From Eledone cirrhosa (lineage: Eukaryota), in the NCBI GenBank assembly GCA_964016885.1, contig OZ024743.1:10106001-10170000 (forward strand): a stretch of DNA of 64,000 nt. Reading direction: 5' to 3'. The translations under genes and the position numbers were made by a program. Positions 1 to 11,149 of this stretch are shown piece by piece (position 1 is the stretch's first letter; each line of letters begins with the position of its first letter). The notes below the pieces were generated by a model. The model saw nothing but the letters and a program-made list of their open reading frames with translations, did not search any database and was not told the DNA's origin.

Positions 1-2669
1 CATACTGTTTATATTGAGTACTCACTTTTCTTTTTTTTCACTCTTATGTGTTTGCATATATGTATGTATGCATGTGTATTTATGTATGCATGCATGTGTA
101 TTTATGTATGCATGCATGTGTGTGTGTCTATAAACAAACACACATGTAAACAGACAATTATATTTATGTATGTTTTATGACAGATACATAAGTACACATA
201 CTTAAATATATATTTGTATGTAGTCATGCATACGTTTATTTATATATTTTCTACGAAAATAGATGCAAGCTTTTATGTTGTATTGTATGGATATGTGGAT
301 GTCGGTCGGCTGGTTGATTGGTTTGCTTGTTGGTTGTAGTGGGTAGAGGTATGCAGTTAGGTGGAGAAGATTGAATAAGATTTGATGGGTAGAGGAGAGT
401 GAAAATGGAGACAGAAACATTGAAAGATGAAGTGAAGGAAAAAATATTGGGTGTATAGTTGTAGAGAGAGAGTGAGATGGAATAGGAAAAGAGACAAAAA
501 TACATGATGAAAGAAGAGAAAAGGGGTTGAAAATATAGATGGAGTCTTGGTGGAAGATTGGGGAGAAAGGATTGTACACATGCAGCGTTGAAAGCAATCC
601 ATCAGTGATATGCCAGAACAATCATTGATTTCTGCTTTTTGCCATGTATTAATTTTATTACCTTCAAACCAGTGCTATCCAGTTCTGTTCATTTTTTTCT
701 TGTTTTTTTCTTTCCTTGAAGCAGATATCACATTCGAAAATTCAAACATGAAAAGATGTCCCTTTTGTGTACTTTCCAGAATATTCCATCAGTAGTTTCA
801 TTCTTGTTTGCTATGAATTAACCTTGATGCATTCACTTGTTTTTGTTTTGTTTTGTTTTCTGTTTTGCTTTTGTAGATTTGTGTTCTTTCCTAATTAAAA
901 TCTTATTAGTGATTTTCACATTTACAAATAATCAAGATAGCTTTCCTATAATTAATGTTGTTATTCCATTTGATAATTTACTGACATTTTTAATGTCATT
1001 CTCCCCTCTTCACCAACACTGCACAACAAAGCCAAGTTGGAAGCCACAAACAGAAAAATCAATACAATAATTGGAAAAGTTATTAAAGTTTCTTTGTAAG
1101 TAAATAAAATCTAAATAAATAAAAAGCCCCAGTTTATAAATATCATTCTTTCGTGAAAAGGTGGAGCTACATGTTTGTACTTTCAGGTCAGTAATTATAT
1201 CATGCCTTCCAGTAACTCATTTCCTATCAGAGTTATATTCTCAGTTTTTGATAAATAATAATCTTTTGCCATTTTCTTGAGCTACTGTTTCTCTGGTTCT
1301 AGATCAAGAATAACATTGTATTTTGACTCTGAATCATATTGCTATGAGTTAACAATCATACAAGGCTCTGTTAGTTTCATTTCTCTTGACACAAGGGGCA
1401 TCAAAGATAAATATTCATTTATCTAGAATGCTGGTTTATCACATGTAGATTATTTATTCTCTCCGAGGAATTGAATTCATCTCTACACACCAATAAACCA
1501 CGCCTCAACTCCATAGTGTTGGTACTGTTTGCAATGTTCAAATATGATACTTAGAGTTCTGTGAGAGACTCTTTATAGTGTTGCGCCATCTGGTAGAAAG
1601 TAGCCATATTTTCCTCATATAGCACCATACCATTTTTAATATAGAACGACACATTAAACAATGTAGGAACTTCTTCGGTCATAGGTCAGTTTGATCAGGG
1701 CTTGCTCAGGTCTAGACAATAAAATCAATTTAATGTTATATGGTATTTGTTTTCTTTGAGAAATTAATAATCAGGTTTGTTACTTATAGTTGTAAATCAA
1801 AGCGAAACGATGTAGAGAAACATGAGTGCATATAAGTCACTGCAAAATTGTTTCCTAGAGACTAAGAAAACTTTGCCAAAATTCTAAATAGCAAACCAAA
1901 ACAGAAGCCTATCATGATGGCGTCTCCAAGACTATTTGTTGCTAGTTCAATGATTTCAATCAGTGCTTATATTCAAGTGATATTTTGTTTTGTAACACTT
2001 TTATATCAACAGTGCAATGTCTATTAATGTGTCAAATAAAGTATCACACTAGTCACTTGATTAAATTACAGTAGAAGGATTGTTTTAATGTTTGACTGGT
2101 TTATAGTAATGTACACATATTTCCGACCAAATGTGCTTCTGTTTCAAACACAATTACATTCTCTTACAGCTAACATAGGATTCAAGATACTTGCAGACCA
2201 TTGCTTTGTTTATATAATTGATATGAAATCTATTGTAGTTTTGGAAATATATATATATATTTATTTAAAAATCACCTAATGAATTCATATTGTTGCAAAG
2301 AAAAAATGTTGCAGAGAAATAAGTTGGTTTCACTACCCTTTTATTTACATTTAGTATCAAGTTTATTTCCAAATAACTAAATTGTATATAACTTATTGAA
2401 TATAAATATTTTTATAGGAGACAACATTAGCAACCAGATATTCAATACTTTATTTATTTCATTTTCACATTATAAATGTTTGAATAAAATATTTTCTCCA
2501 ATATAATCAATATATTTTGAAAATCTAAATGAATTAGATGGCAGTAATCTAATGCTTTATGGCTTTACTACACATCAAAGAGACAGAGATGTGTCAATGT
2601 ACAAAGTATTGTAGCAACATGGTATTCAGACTTTGAGTTGTAAATCCTCTCATCATATATATATATGGA

Positions 2670-3180
2670 TGGGGGGGGGGGGCAGGCATAGTATACTCCT
2701 TAATTGCATTAATTGTTACAAGGGAAAAGTTGATGTACTAGATAGGAACAACTACAGAGGTATAAAACTAAGAGATCAAGCTATGGAATTTACAGAAAGG
2801 GTTTTAGCACAGTTAGTTAGAAAATGAGCCAAATTAGATGAGAGGAAATTTGGTTTATGCCAGGGAGGAAAATGACAGATGCCCTTTTCTTACTGAAACG
2901 ACTACAAGAGACGTTTCTAGCTAGGAGTAAGCCACCATAACTATCTTTTGTTGATCTGGAGAAGGCTTTGACAGAGTGCCAGGATGTTATGTGGTGGTCT
3001 TTAAGGAAAATGTGTATAGAGGATTGACTCGTGAGGGCAGGGCAAACCATGTACAGATGAACTATTAGTCAAGTGAGTCTAAATAATGAGTTTAGTGAGG
3101 AATTCAATGTACATGTAGGTGTTCATCAGAGTTCAGTCCTCAGCCCACTCTTGGTTGTAATGTTCTCCAGGCCATAAAAA
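2670..3180 (+). mobile_element. Decayed RTE-clade LINE fragment (RT region)
   Basis: Translates to NCYKGKVDVLDRNNYRGIKL...DLEKA...VGVHQSSVLSPL, homologous to the ORF at 58809-61271; contains frameshifts and stops. Confidence 0.85.
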
Positions 3181-4819
3181 AGGCTGGCAATGAGAATTTT
3201 GTATAAAGAAATTATTGTAGGACATTTTTTATATCTTTATAGCAGTTCTTGAAAATATTCAATGTGCTCTTCTTCTTTTAATGGATGTTTTGTCACAATG
3301 GAGTGACATAATTGACTGGATTGCATTTGTTTAGAAATGTCTTTTGATACAATAAGCACAATAGAAGTTATACACAATAGATTCAATGAAACAAAACTTC
3401 AAATATTGGGTGAATAAGAATAACCACAAGCATATTTATTTTTTTCAGTCATGCTTCTGATTGGTTTCTATGGCAGATCAATTAATTAAACTTTCTACAG
3501 ATATAGAAATTACATAAAAGTACAATCAAATGTCATATCTAATTGATATTGTTAAGTTCAACAGGATTAAAAATGTCATTAAAATAGGCTCTCAGCTAAT
3601 AAAACCTAGAAATCTAAATTGAAGGAAAATGTCATGGAAAATATGTTATGCCCTGCATTGGCCTTTATTGGCAAAGTTTTCCATTTCCACAAAAAAGAAA
3701 AACAATGATGCTATTAGGAAAAACTGAGGCTTTGTGTGGGTTAAAAGGCAGTTAGCTACTTGCCAAATTTACACACAATTCAACTGTTATTTAATTAATG
3801 TATACCAATAGTCAACAAGAAAAACCTTTGTCTATGCAAAGCCTTCCATTACCTGAAATATCTCTGCTGCCCACCAAACATTGTGAACCGCTCACTAGTA
3901 CAACCCAGGCAGAGCATTGCTCTATGACACAGACAACATATTCTTTAATTGTAAGTGAAATGAAACAGCTCAACATGAAACTAAACTTGTCACATAAACT
4001 CAGTGTTTAGAAGTTCACCACTACATTATGGTACTTATGTCATCTGACTTTTATTTGATATGAACTTTCAGATTGTACTATTTTAAATAGAATTCCCTGG
4101 AATATAAAAAGAAGATAGCAATTATCAAGATTTTAGGTCAGCCTGAAGAATTAATTGTCAAAGAAATCTATTTGAAATAAGTTGCAACGCCCATATCTGT
4201 TTGATATTTACATTTTGTACAAGTAATACTTGTTTTATCAACATTGTAAGTATGCAAGATTAAATTACTATTCATAACGCTAATTCCTGAAATAGAAAGT
4301 TCACTCTCTCTAGTTATCATTGTCCCATGACCTTATCTTGAATTTAAAACTAGAAAATTTACAGAAAGATCCTATCATTGGCTTGATGTCTTTAGAATAA
4401 ACACCTGTTGGAAATAGCAGCCAAATCTACTTCAAGCCACACCCTATTTTCTTAAAATTGTGGTACAAATTGGACAATGTAGTCCTTGATATAATATTTG
4501 AAATACAAAAAAATAGGATGGTTACAGCTGTGAAGGTTTTGTTCAAACCATTTAAATTTTATTCTCACCATTAACAATTCTAGATTAATACCTGTTTTGC
4601 TTGCTATAGAAAAAGAGTTTAATTTTAAACACAAACATTTTCTTTAAACATATGAGTCGTTTGCAATATATTAAGAGCATGAGAAATATAAGTATAAATG
4701 TTGTATTTATTTCTTGAAAGATTCTTACATGTTTGGTATATTTTCTATCACATAATATGTCAATTAAGCTGATTAATTTTTTTTAAATAATTTTTACTCT
4801 AGTATATTTCATACATATA

Positions 4820-5178
4820 GGTATAGACAAGGCTGTGTGGCTTAGAAGTTTTTTACTGTTACATCATATCAGGTTGTCTCTCACTGTTTCGCACCTTGAG
4901 TATGTTACTCTAACTTCAGATTAATCAATGCCTTCTGAGGAAATTTGGTTGATGCATTTGTTTATAAGTATGTGGGTATATGTGTGTCAATGTTTACATT
5001 CACTGTTTGTTGATGTCACATAACCTAGTTGTTTGCCAAGAGGAGTTTGATAAAATAAGCACTAGACTTGAAAGAATATGTACTGAGGTCAACATAATTG
5101 ACTAAATAAACTTTAGGCGGTGCAAAGCATATCCATAATATAATGACTAAAACCAGTAAAAAGGCAAAGAATAAAACT
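4820..5178 (+). mobile_element. Old SINE with a CR1-like 3' tail
   Basis: Degenerate tRNA-like head (GGCTGTGTGGCTTAGAAG); 3' end GGCGGTGC...AATGACTAAAACCAGTAAAAAG resembles the tail of the CR1-like LINE at 40250-40310 and the copy at ~44750-44925. Confidence 0.5.
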
Positions 5179-5235
5179 ATATATATATATATATATATGA
5201 AAAAGAACACAAGAGCGTCTACAACATCAAAAGAT

Positions 5236-5295
5236 TTTTATTGGCTTACAATGTTTCTTCCTTACGTAACCGTAGGATTCGTCAGAGCTATAAAA
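5236..5295 (-). ncRNA. Minimal hammerhead ribozyme (mirror copy in left arm)
   Basis: Reverse complement of 6855-6914. Confidence 0.75.
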
Positions 5296-5532
5296 GGGGT
5301 TTGATTGGTGTTATGGACTCTACCAACCAAACATTCAAGAACAAAGAGTAAAGAGCAAAAGTAGGGGACGATAAGTCTAATTTTGGTGCGGGAGGGTGGG
5401 GTATGGGTCCTTGTTTACTAGCTGCGGTCATATTCATTCCCGGGAGTCGGGTGGTTAGCTGAACCATAGATGGGGTGGCGTCGATAGTATGGTGCAGAGG
5501 GTGCGCATAGGCTACACAAACACAAAGGGCGT

Positions 5533-5565
<33 letters not shown>

Positions 5566-6584
5566 CGGAGGAGAAAGTACATGAGGTAATTAGAAATGGA
5601 AAAATAGTAATAATAATAATCTATAATTAATAGTGTATAATAAGGCATGGGGAAGATTACACTATAATAAGGTATAAAAGTAAGAATAAGGTAAAATATA
5701 AAGGAGGATAAAAGTGGAAATAATAAAGATAAAAAAATATATAGAGAATATATAAAGAAATATAAGCGAATATTTGGAGGGGAAAACACAATGTAAAAAA
5801 AACGATTTTTTCAAATAATAATAAAAATATAATAATTATGGCAGGAGAAAACGGGATAGAGAAATATGATCAAGTGTGATTAGTTGAGAGAATATAAGAT
5901 GATAATAGTTATGTCAAGGTTATACATCTTAATAATAAATAATCTGTGTATCAGAGTTGCAGAACCTTCAATTCACTTACGGGTTCAAGCCACGTGGCGT
6001 GGTCCATTGTTTATCTGTGCGGTCATTCGCGTTTGTTTTTGACACCACAGCAGATGCACAAGTTCGTAAATTCCAAACTATTACGAACTTGTGCATCTGC
6101 TGTGGTGTCAAAAACAAACGCAAATGACCGCACAGATAAACAATGGACCACGCCACGTGGCTTGAACCCGTAAGTGAATTGAAGGTTCTGCAACTCTGAT
6201 ACACAGATTATTTATTATTAAGATGTATAACCTTGACATAACTATTATCATCTTATATTCTCTCAACTAATCACACTTGATCATATTTCTCTATCCCGTT
6301 TTCTCCTGCCATAATTATTATATTTTTATTATTATTTGAAAAAATCGTTTTTTTTACATTGTGTTTTCCCCTCCAAATATTCGCTTATATTTCTTTATAT
6401 ATTCTCTATATATTTTTTTATCTTTATTATTTCCACTTTTATCCTCCTTTATATTTTACCTTATTCTTACTTTTATACCTTATTATAATGTAATCTTCCC
6501 CATGCCTTATTATACACTATTAATTATAGATTATTATTATTACTATTTTTCCATTTCTAATTACCTCATGTACTTTCTCCTCCG

Positions 6585-6617
<33 letters not shown>

Positions 6618-6854
6618 ACGCCCTTTGTGTTTGTGTAGCCTATGCGCACCCTCTGCACCATACTATCGACGCCACCCCATCTATGGTTCAGCTAACCACC
6701 CGACTCCCGGGAATGAATATGACCGCAGCTAGTAAACAAGGACCCATACCCCACCCTCCCGCACCAAAATTAGACTTATCGTCCCCTACTTTTGCTCTTT
6801 ACTCTTTGTTCTTGAATGTTTGGTTGGTAGAGTCCATAACACCAATCAAACCCC

Positions 6855-6914
6855 TTTTATAGCTCTGACGAATCCTACGGTTACGTAAGGAAGAAACATT
6901 GTAAGCCAATAAAA
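6855..6914 (+). ncRNA. Minimal type I hammerhead ribozyme
   Basis: GCT-CTGACGA-stem II (TCCTACG GTTA CGTAAGGA)-GAAAC-ATT-GTA-AGC; CUGANGA/GAAA/UH core intact, predicted cleavage after 6903. Confidence 0.75.
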
Positions 6915-7134
6915 ATCTTTTGATGTTGTAGACGCTCTTGTGTTCTTTTTCATATATACGGCTCTGCTCCAAAGCATAGAGCTAATTATTATGCTGCCAA
7001 TACCTTAATGGGACACGGGTATACAATACCTAACTCCTATTAACCTAAGTATATATATATATATACATCTCCACGCTAATTACCACACCTCTATATCTAT
7101 CTTCCCAATTCACTATGCATCCCCCAACCCAAGA

Positions 7135-8258
7135 CCCAAATCCATACTATAAAGTGTGACCATCCTGGAGCCTCAACAATAAGCACACAGTCCACTCTGT
7201 AAAGTCGTTGTGTACATGTCACAACAAAAAGCACCCAGCCCACACTGTAAAGTGATTGTGTGGGAGTCACGACAAAAAGCACCCAGCCCACACTGTAAAG
7301 TGATTATGTAGGAGTCACGACAAAAAGCACCCAGCCCACACTGTAAAGTGATTGTGTAGGAGTCACGACAAAAAGTGCCCAGCCCACACTGTAAAGTGAT
7401 TATGTAGGAGTCACGACAAAAAGCACCCAGCCCACACTGTAAAGTGATTATGTAGGTATTGTGACAAAAAGCACCCAGCCCACACTGTAAAGTGATTATG
7501 TAGGAGTCACGACAAAAAGCACCCAGCCCACACTGTAAAGTGATTATGTAGGTATCGTGACAAAAAGCTCCCAGCCCACACTATAAAGTGATTGTGTAGG
7601 AGTCACGACAAAAAGCACCCAGCCCACACTGTAAAGTGATTGTGTAGGTATCGTGACAAAAAGCTCCCAGCCCACACTGTAAAGTGATTATGTAGGTATC
7701 GTGACAAAAAGCACCCAGCCCACACTGTAAAGTGATTATGTAGGTATCGTGACAAAAAGCACCCAGCCCACACTGTAAAGTGATTGTGTAGGTATCGTGA
7801 CAAAAAGCACCCAGCCCACACTGTAAAGTGATTATGTAGGTATCGTGACAAAAAGCACCCAGCCCACACTGTAAAGTGATTGTGTAGGTATCGTGACAAA
7901 AAGCTCCCAGCCCACACTGTAAAGTGATTATGTAGGTATCGTGACAAAAAGCACCCAGCCCACACTGTAAAGTGATTATGTAGGAGTCACGACAAAAAGC
8001 ACCCAGCCCACACCGTAAAGTGATTATGTAGGTATCGTGACAAAAAGCTCCCAGCCCACACTGTAAAGTGATTATGTAGGTATCGTGATAAAAAACTCCC
8101 AGCCCACACTGTAAAGTGATTATGTAGGTATCATGATAAAAAGCTCCCAGCCCACACTGTAAAGTGATTATGTAGGTATCGTGATAAAAAGCTCCCAGCC
8201 CACACTGTAAAGTGATTATGTAAGTATCGTGATTAAAAGCTCCCAACACACACTGAAA
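7135..8258 (+). repeat. 48-bp minisatellite, about 23 units (21 canonical units 7234-8241)
   Basis: Unit CCCAGCCCACACTGTAAAGTGATTATGTAGG(AGTCACGAC/TATCGTGAC)AAAAAGCA with strict 48-bp period; no unique spacers. Confidence 0.97.
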
Positions 8259-8415
8259 TGTGGTTTTTGTTAGGAAAGGTATCCAGCTGTAGAAATGAAG
8301 CCAAAATCAGTTGTGTATGAGTGAAACACGATCCCCTGACCTGGCTATCTCACAACAGGACATCTTGTCTAACCCATGCTAATGTGGAAAATGGACGTTA
8401 AATGATGATGATAAT
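8259..8415 (+). mobile_element. RTE-type 3' tail following the minisatellite
   Basis: GTTAGGAAAGGTATCCAGCTGTAGAAA...AACCCATGCTAATGTGGAAAATGGACGTTAAATGATGATGAT, matching the 3' UTR at 61510-61670. Confidence 0.85.
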
Positions 8416-8858
8416 TACATATATTCAATATAATATATTATTATGTATTTCTTATATTTCTCTTTCAATAGTTTTAATCCATTCATGTGCATATTTAAAG
8501 AAGACTGAATATTTAAAGATGTCTGGAAGCTTTACAGATAAAGTTTTGGCTATCATGTGTGGTGTCTCCAATCTTTTTGTTCTGTCAAAAATCTTCAATA
8601 TATTACAGAGTTTATATAGTTAAAAATAGTCATCTTTGAGAAACATTCGACCTCATATTTATGACTCTATCTCATAAATAACATGCAACCTGTGACCTAT
8701 TATCTAACTTGTCACACAATTGAAATGATATTTACACTTGTTGGGATTCTCTCCAAGAAAGCGTATTCATTATCTAATTCATATAGAAGCTTAGAGGAAA
8801 CACTATAATATTTTATATGTAAATTGGCGTATATACATATTCACATACATAGAGGTAC

Positions 8859-8916
<58 letters not shown>

Positions 8917-8920
8917 ATGA

Positions 8921-8962
<42 letters not shown>

Positions 8963-9176
8963 GTTAGAAGTGTACATCCACATATGTATACTGAAATACT
9001 AGTATGCATATAAATACACACACGTATACATATGTAGATGTACCGAGTTTTTCACTGGACACTTTACTCTGTGTGTTCAGCTAGTCTGTATGTAAACACA
9101 CAGACAAACCGGTTTTTAGAGTCATACTGGTTTTCGAGGAAACACCTTTCCTCTATTCTCCAGAGGGCCAGACAGG

Positions 9177-9221
9177 AATATTGGACTAGTTTCGATGTTG
9201 TTACATCTCATCAGCAATATT
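9177..9221 (-). ncRNA. Type I hammerhead ribozyme (antisense copy)
   Basis: Minus strand reads AATATTG-CTGATGA-GATGTAACAACATC-GAAAC-TA-GTC-CAATATT. Confidence 0.9.
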
Positions 9222-9676
9222 TACCCATCCTCCGGCCCCGAAACTAGTCCAATATTCCTGTCTGGCCCTCTGGCGAATAGAGGAAAGGTGTTTCCTCGAA
9301 AACCAGTATTACTCTAAAAACCTGTTTCTCTGTGTGTTTACATACAGACTAGCTGAACACTCACAGTAAAGTGTCCAGTGAAAAACTCGGTACATCTACA
9401 TATGTATACGTGTGTGTATTTATATGCATACTAGTATTTCAGTATACATATGTGGATGTACATTTTTAACTTAATTGTTTAAGCGTCAGTCATACAAAAG
9501 TGAGTTACAAACGAAACGAAATTTAATTTCGTTTCGTTATTTGTTTTTATCGCCTCCGCTGAACCGGTACGTACTCACGCTCTATGCAAATTGGTCTGCC
9601 CACTACTAATTTTCATAGAAAAAGCATATAACGATATGTGCTTTTACGATTCTCTAGAGGGGCCGGAGGATGGGTA

Positions 9677-9721
9677 AATATTGCTGATGAGATGTAACAA
9701 CGTCGAAACTAGTCCAATATT
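9677..9721 (+). ncRNA. Type I hammerhead ribozyme
   Basis: AATATTG-CTGATGA-GATGT(AACA)ACGTC-GAAAC-TA-GTC-CAATATT: 7-bp stem I, 5-bp stem II, palindromic stem III ACTAGT, GUC cleavage site at 9712-9714. Confidence 0.9.
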
Positions 9722-10008
9722 CCTGTCTGGCCCTCTGGCGAATAGAGGAAAGGTGTTTCCTCGAAAACCAGTATTACTCTAAAAACCGGTTTCTCTGTGT
9801 GTTTACATACAGACTAGCTGAACACTCACAGTAAAGTGTCCAGTGAAAAACTCGGTACATCTACATATGTATACGTGTGTGTATTTATATGCATACTAGT
9901 ATTTCAGTATACATATGTGGATGTACACTTCTAACTTAATTGTTTAAGCGTCAGTCATACAAAAGTGAGTTACAAACGAAACGAAATTTAATTTCGTTTC
10001 GTTATTTG

Positions 10009-10062
<54 letters not shown>

Positions 10063-10063
<1 letters not shown>

Positions 10064-10270
10064 GGTGGATTGGCAGAATTGGTATAGCATTGGGAACCAT
10101 GTTTTGCAGCCTTTACATTCTGAGTTCAAATCCTGCCTTGGCATTCATCCTTATGGGGTAGATAAACTAAAGTACCAGTAATACAATGGGGTTGATTTAA
10201 TCGACCCCCCCCCACACACACACACACAAGTTGTTGGCCTTGTGCCTCAATCAAAAGCCATTACTATTAT
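10063..10270 (+). mobile_element. tRNA-derived SINE, family B (older copy)
   Basis: B-box GAGTTCAAATCC followed by the core CATTCATCCTTATGGGGTAGATAAACTAAAGTACCAG shared with many copies in the window. Confidence 0.75.
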
Positions 10271-10286
10271 CATTATATATACTTCA

Positions 10287-10380
10287 TTAACTTTGCCTTT
10301 CATCCTTACGGGGTCGATAAAATAAAGTACCAGTAATACACTGGTTAATTGCTGGCCTTGTGCCAAAAGTAGAAACAATT
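10287..10380 (+). mobile_element. 5'-truncated SINE family B with 17-bp TSD
   Basis: Core GCCTTTCATCCTTACGGGGTCGATAAAATAAAGTACCAG; TSD ATTATATATACTTCATT at 10272-10288 and 10378-10394. Confidence 0.85.
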
Positions 10381-10710
10381 ATATATACTTCATTTTGGTA
10401 TTCGTTTTGCAAGATTCTTGATGCAAAATTTATGATGAAACAGATCTTGTATGCTAAACCCATGGCCACTAAACACCTGAGTCTTTTCATTGGCAGTATC
10501 TCACTACAAAATTATAACTATATATATGTATATATGTGTGTGTGTGTGCATATATATATGTACGCTTGGCGCTGTGGTTGGGATTTTACATATCATTATA
10601 CCTACTCTGCATCTCCCCAAGAATCGAATAATCCCATGATTAGTCATCTGCTCAGTCTCAGCACCAGAGACTCTCTCTCTCCATCTCTCTCTATATATAT
10701 GTATATATCA

Positions 10711-10865
10711 TAAAGGGTGGGGTAAGACACCAGGTGGACCATAACCCACCAGAGTACTCGATACTTTGGGTAGTAGAGTGGGTAATATGAAAAAATTCAG
10801 GACCCAGACAGCTGAGCTCTGGCCGTTTCAACAGCTAGCCGTCGGGGTCCTGAACCTTTTCATAT
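10711..10865 (-). mobile_element. Short fold-back element in (TA)n, same family as 20455-20653
   Basis: 29-bp inverted arms 10785-10813 and 10837-10865; unique segment CCAGGTGGACCATAAC..CCAGAGTACTCGATACTT shared with 20455-20530. Confidence 0.7.
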
Positions 10866-10896
10866 ATATATATATATACACACACACACATATATT

Positions 10897-11130
10897 CTAG
10901 GGCGGGTAAAAATCCCGAGATCCATGGACGAGTTCTCTCCAGCGGTCTCTGTCCCTCATTATTGCTGCCATGTCCTGCGTCTCCAACAGACCTGTGTCTG
11001 TCCTTAGGGCATCAAAATACATTAACCTTGGTCTTCCTCTTCCAGTGTGTCCATGTAGGGGCTCCCACAGGAGCACTGAGTGCAATGTCAACTCTGGATG
11101 TCAGTGAGCATGTCCAGCTAACCTCAGTCT
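10897..11130 (-). mobile_element. 3' fragment of a different RTE-like LINE
   Basis: Translation LAGHAH...VLLWEPLHGHTGRGRPRLMYFDALRTDTGL...DRDRWRELV, a typical RTE C-terminus. Confidence 0.75.
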
Positions 11131-11149
11131 CCTTTATATATATACATTA

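Larger units (their letters stand above)
5192..7050. mobile_element. Fold-back Penelope-like (inverted pseudo-LTR) element: 878-bp inverted arms plus a 3' tail, flanked by (TA)n
   Basis: 5192-6069 is the reverse complement of 6081-6958 (11-nt spacer; mismatches seen at 5662/6488 and 6028/6122); hammerhead motif and AATAAA near each outer end; unique ~90-bp tail 6959-7050. Confidence 0.8.
8957..10015. mobile_element. Hammerhead-bearing Penelope/retrozyme-like element: inverted partial copy plus 465-bp tandem unit, in (TA)n
   Basis: 9239-9550 repeats at 9704-10015 (period 465); 8957-9239 is an inverted copy of ~9659-9941; (TA)n on both flanks; no coding potential. Confidence 0.8.

Noticed and set aside
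3798-4010. Possible host exon (70-aa ORF with GTAAGT donor)
   Set aside because: No recognisable domain, acceptor or partner exons
5288-6862. Duplicated 123-aa, 82-aa and 75-aa ORFs on opposite strands
   Set aside because: Mirror images created by the palindrome; low-complexity composition and no domain motifs
7581-8249. 222-aa Cys/His-rich repeat protein ORF
   Set aside because: By-product of a 48-bp (16-codon) unit lacking stops on the minus strand; no other coding evidence
7135-8258. CRISPR-like regular array
   Set aside because: Whole 48-bp units repeat with no unique spacers, there are no cas genes, the context is eukaryotic, and the unit derives from an RTE 3' UTR
8957-9721. Ambisense viroid/Obelisk-like genome with ribozymes on both strands
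   Set aside because: The antisense ribozyme is the same sequence duplicated by inversion, not a distinct opposite-polarity ribozyme within the monomer
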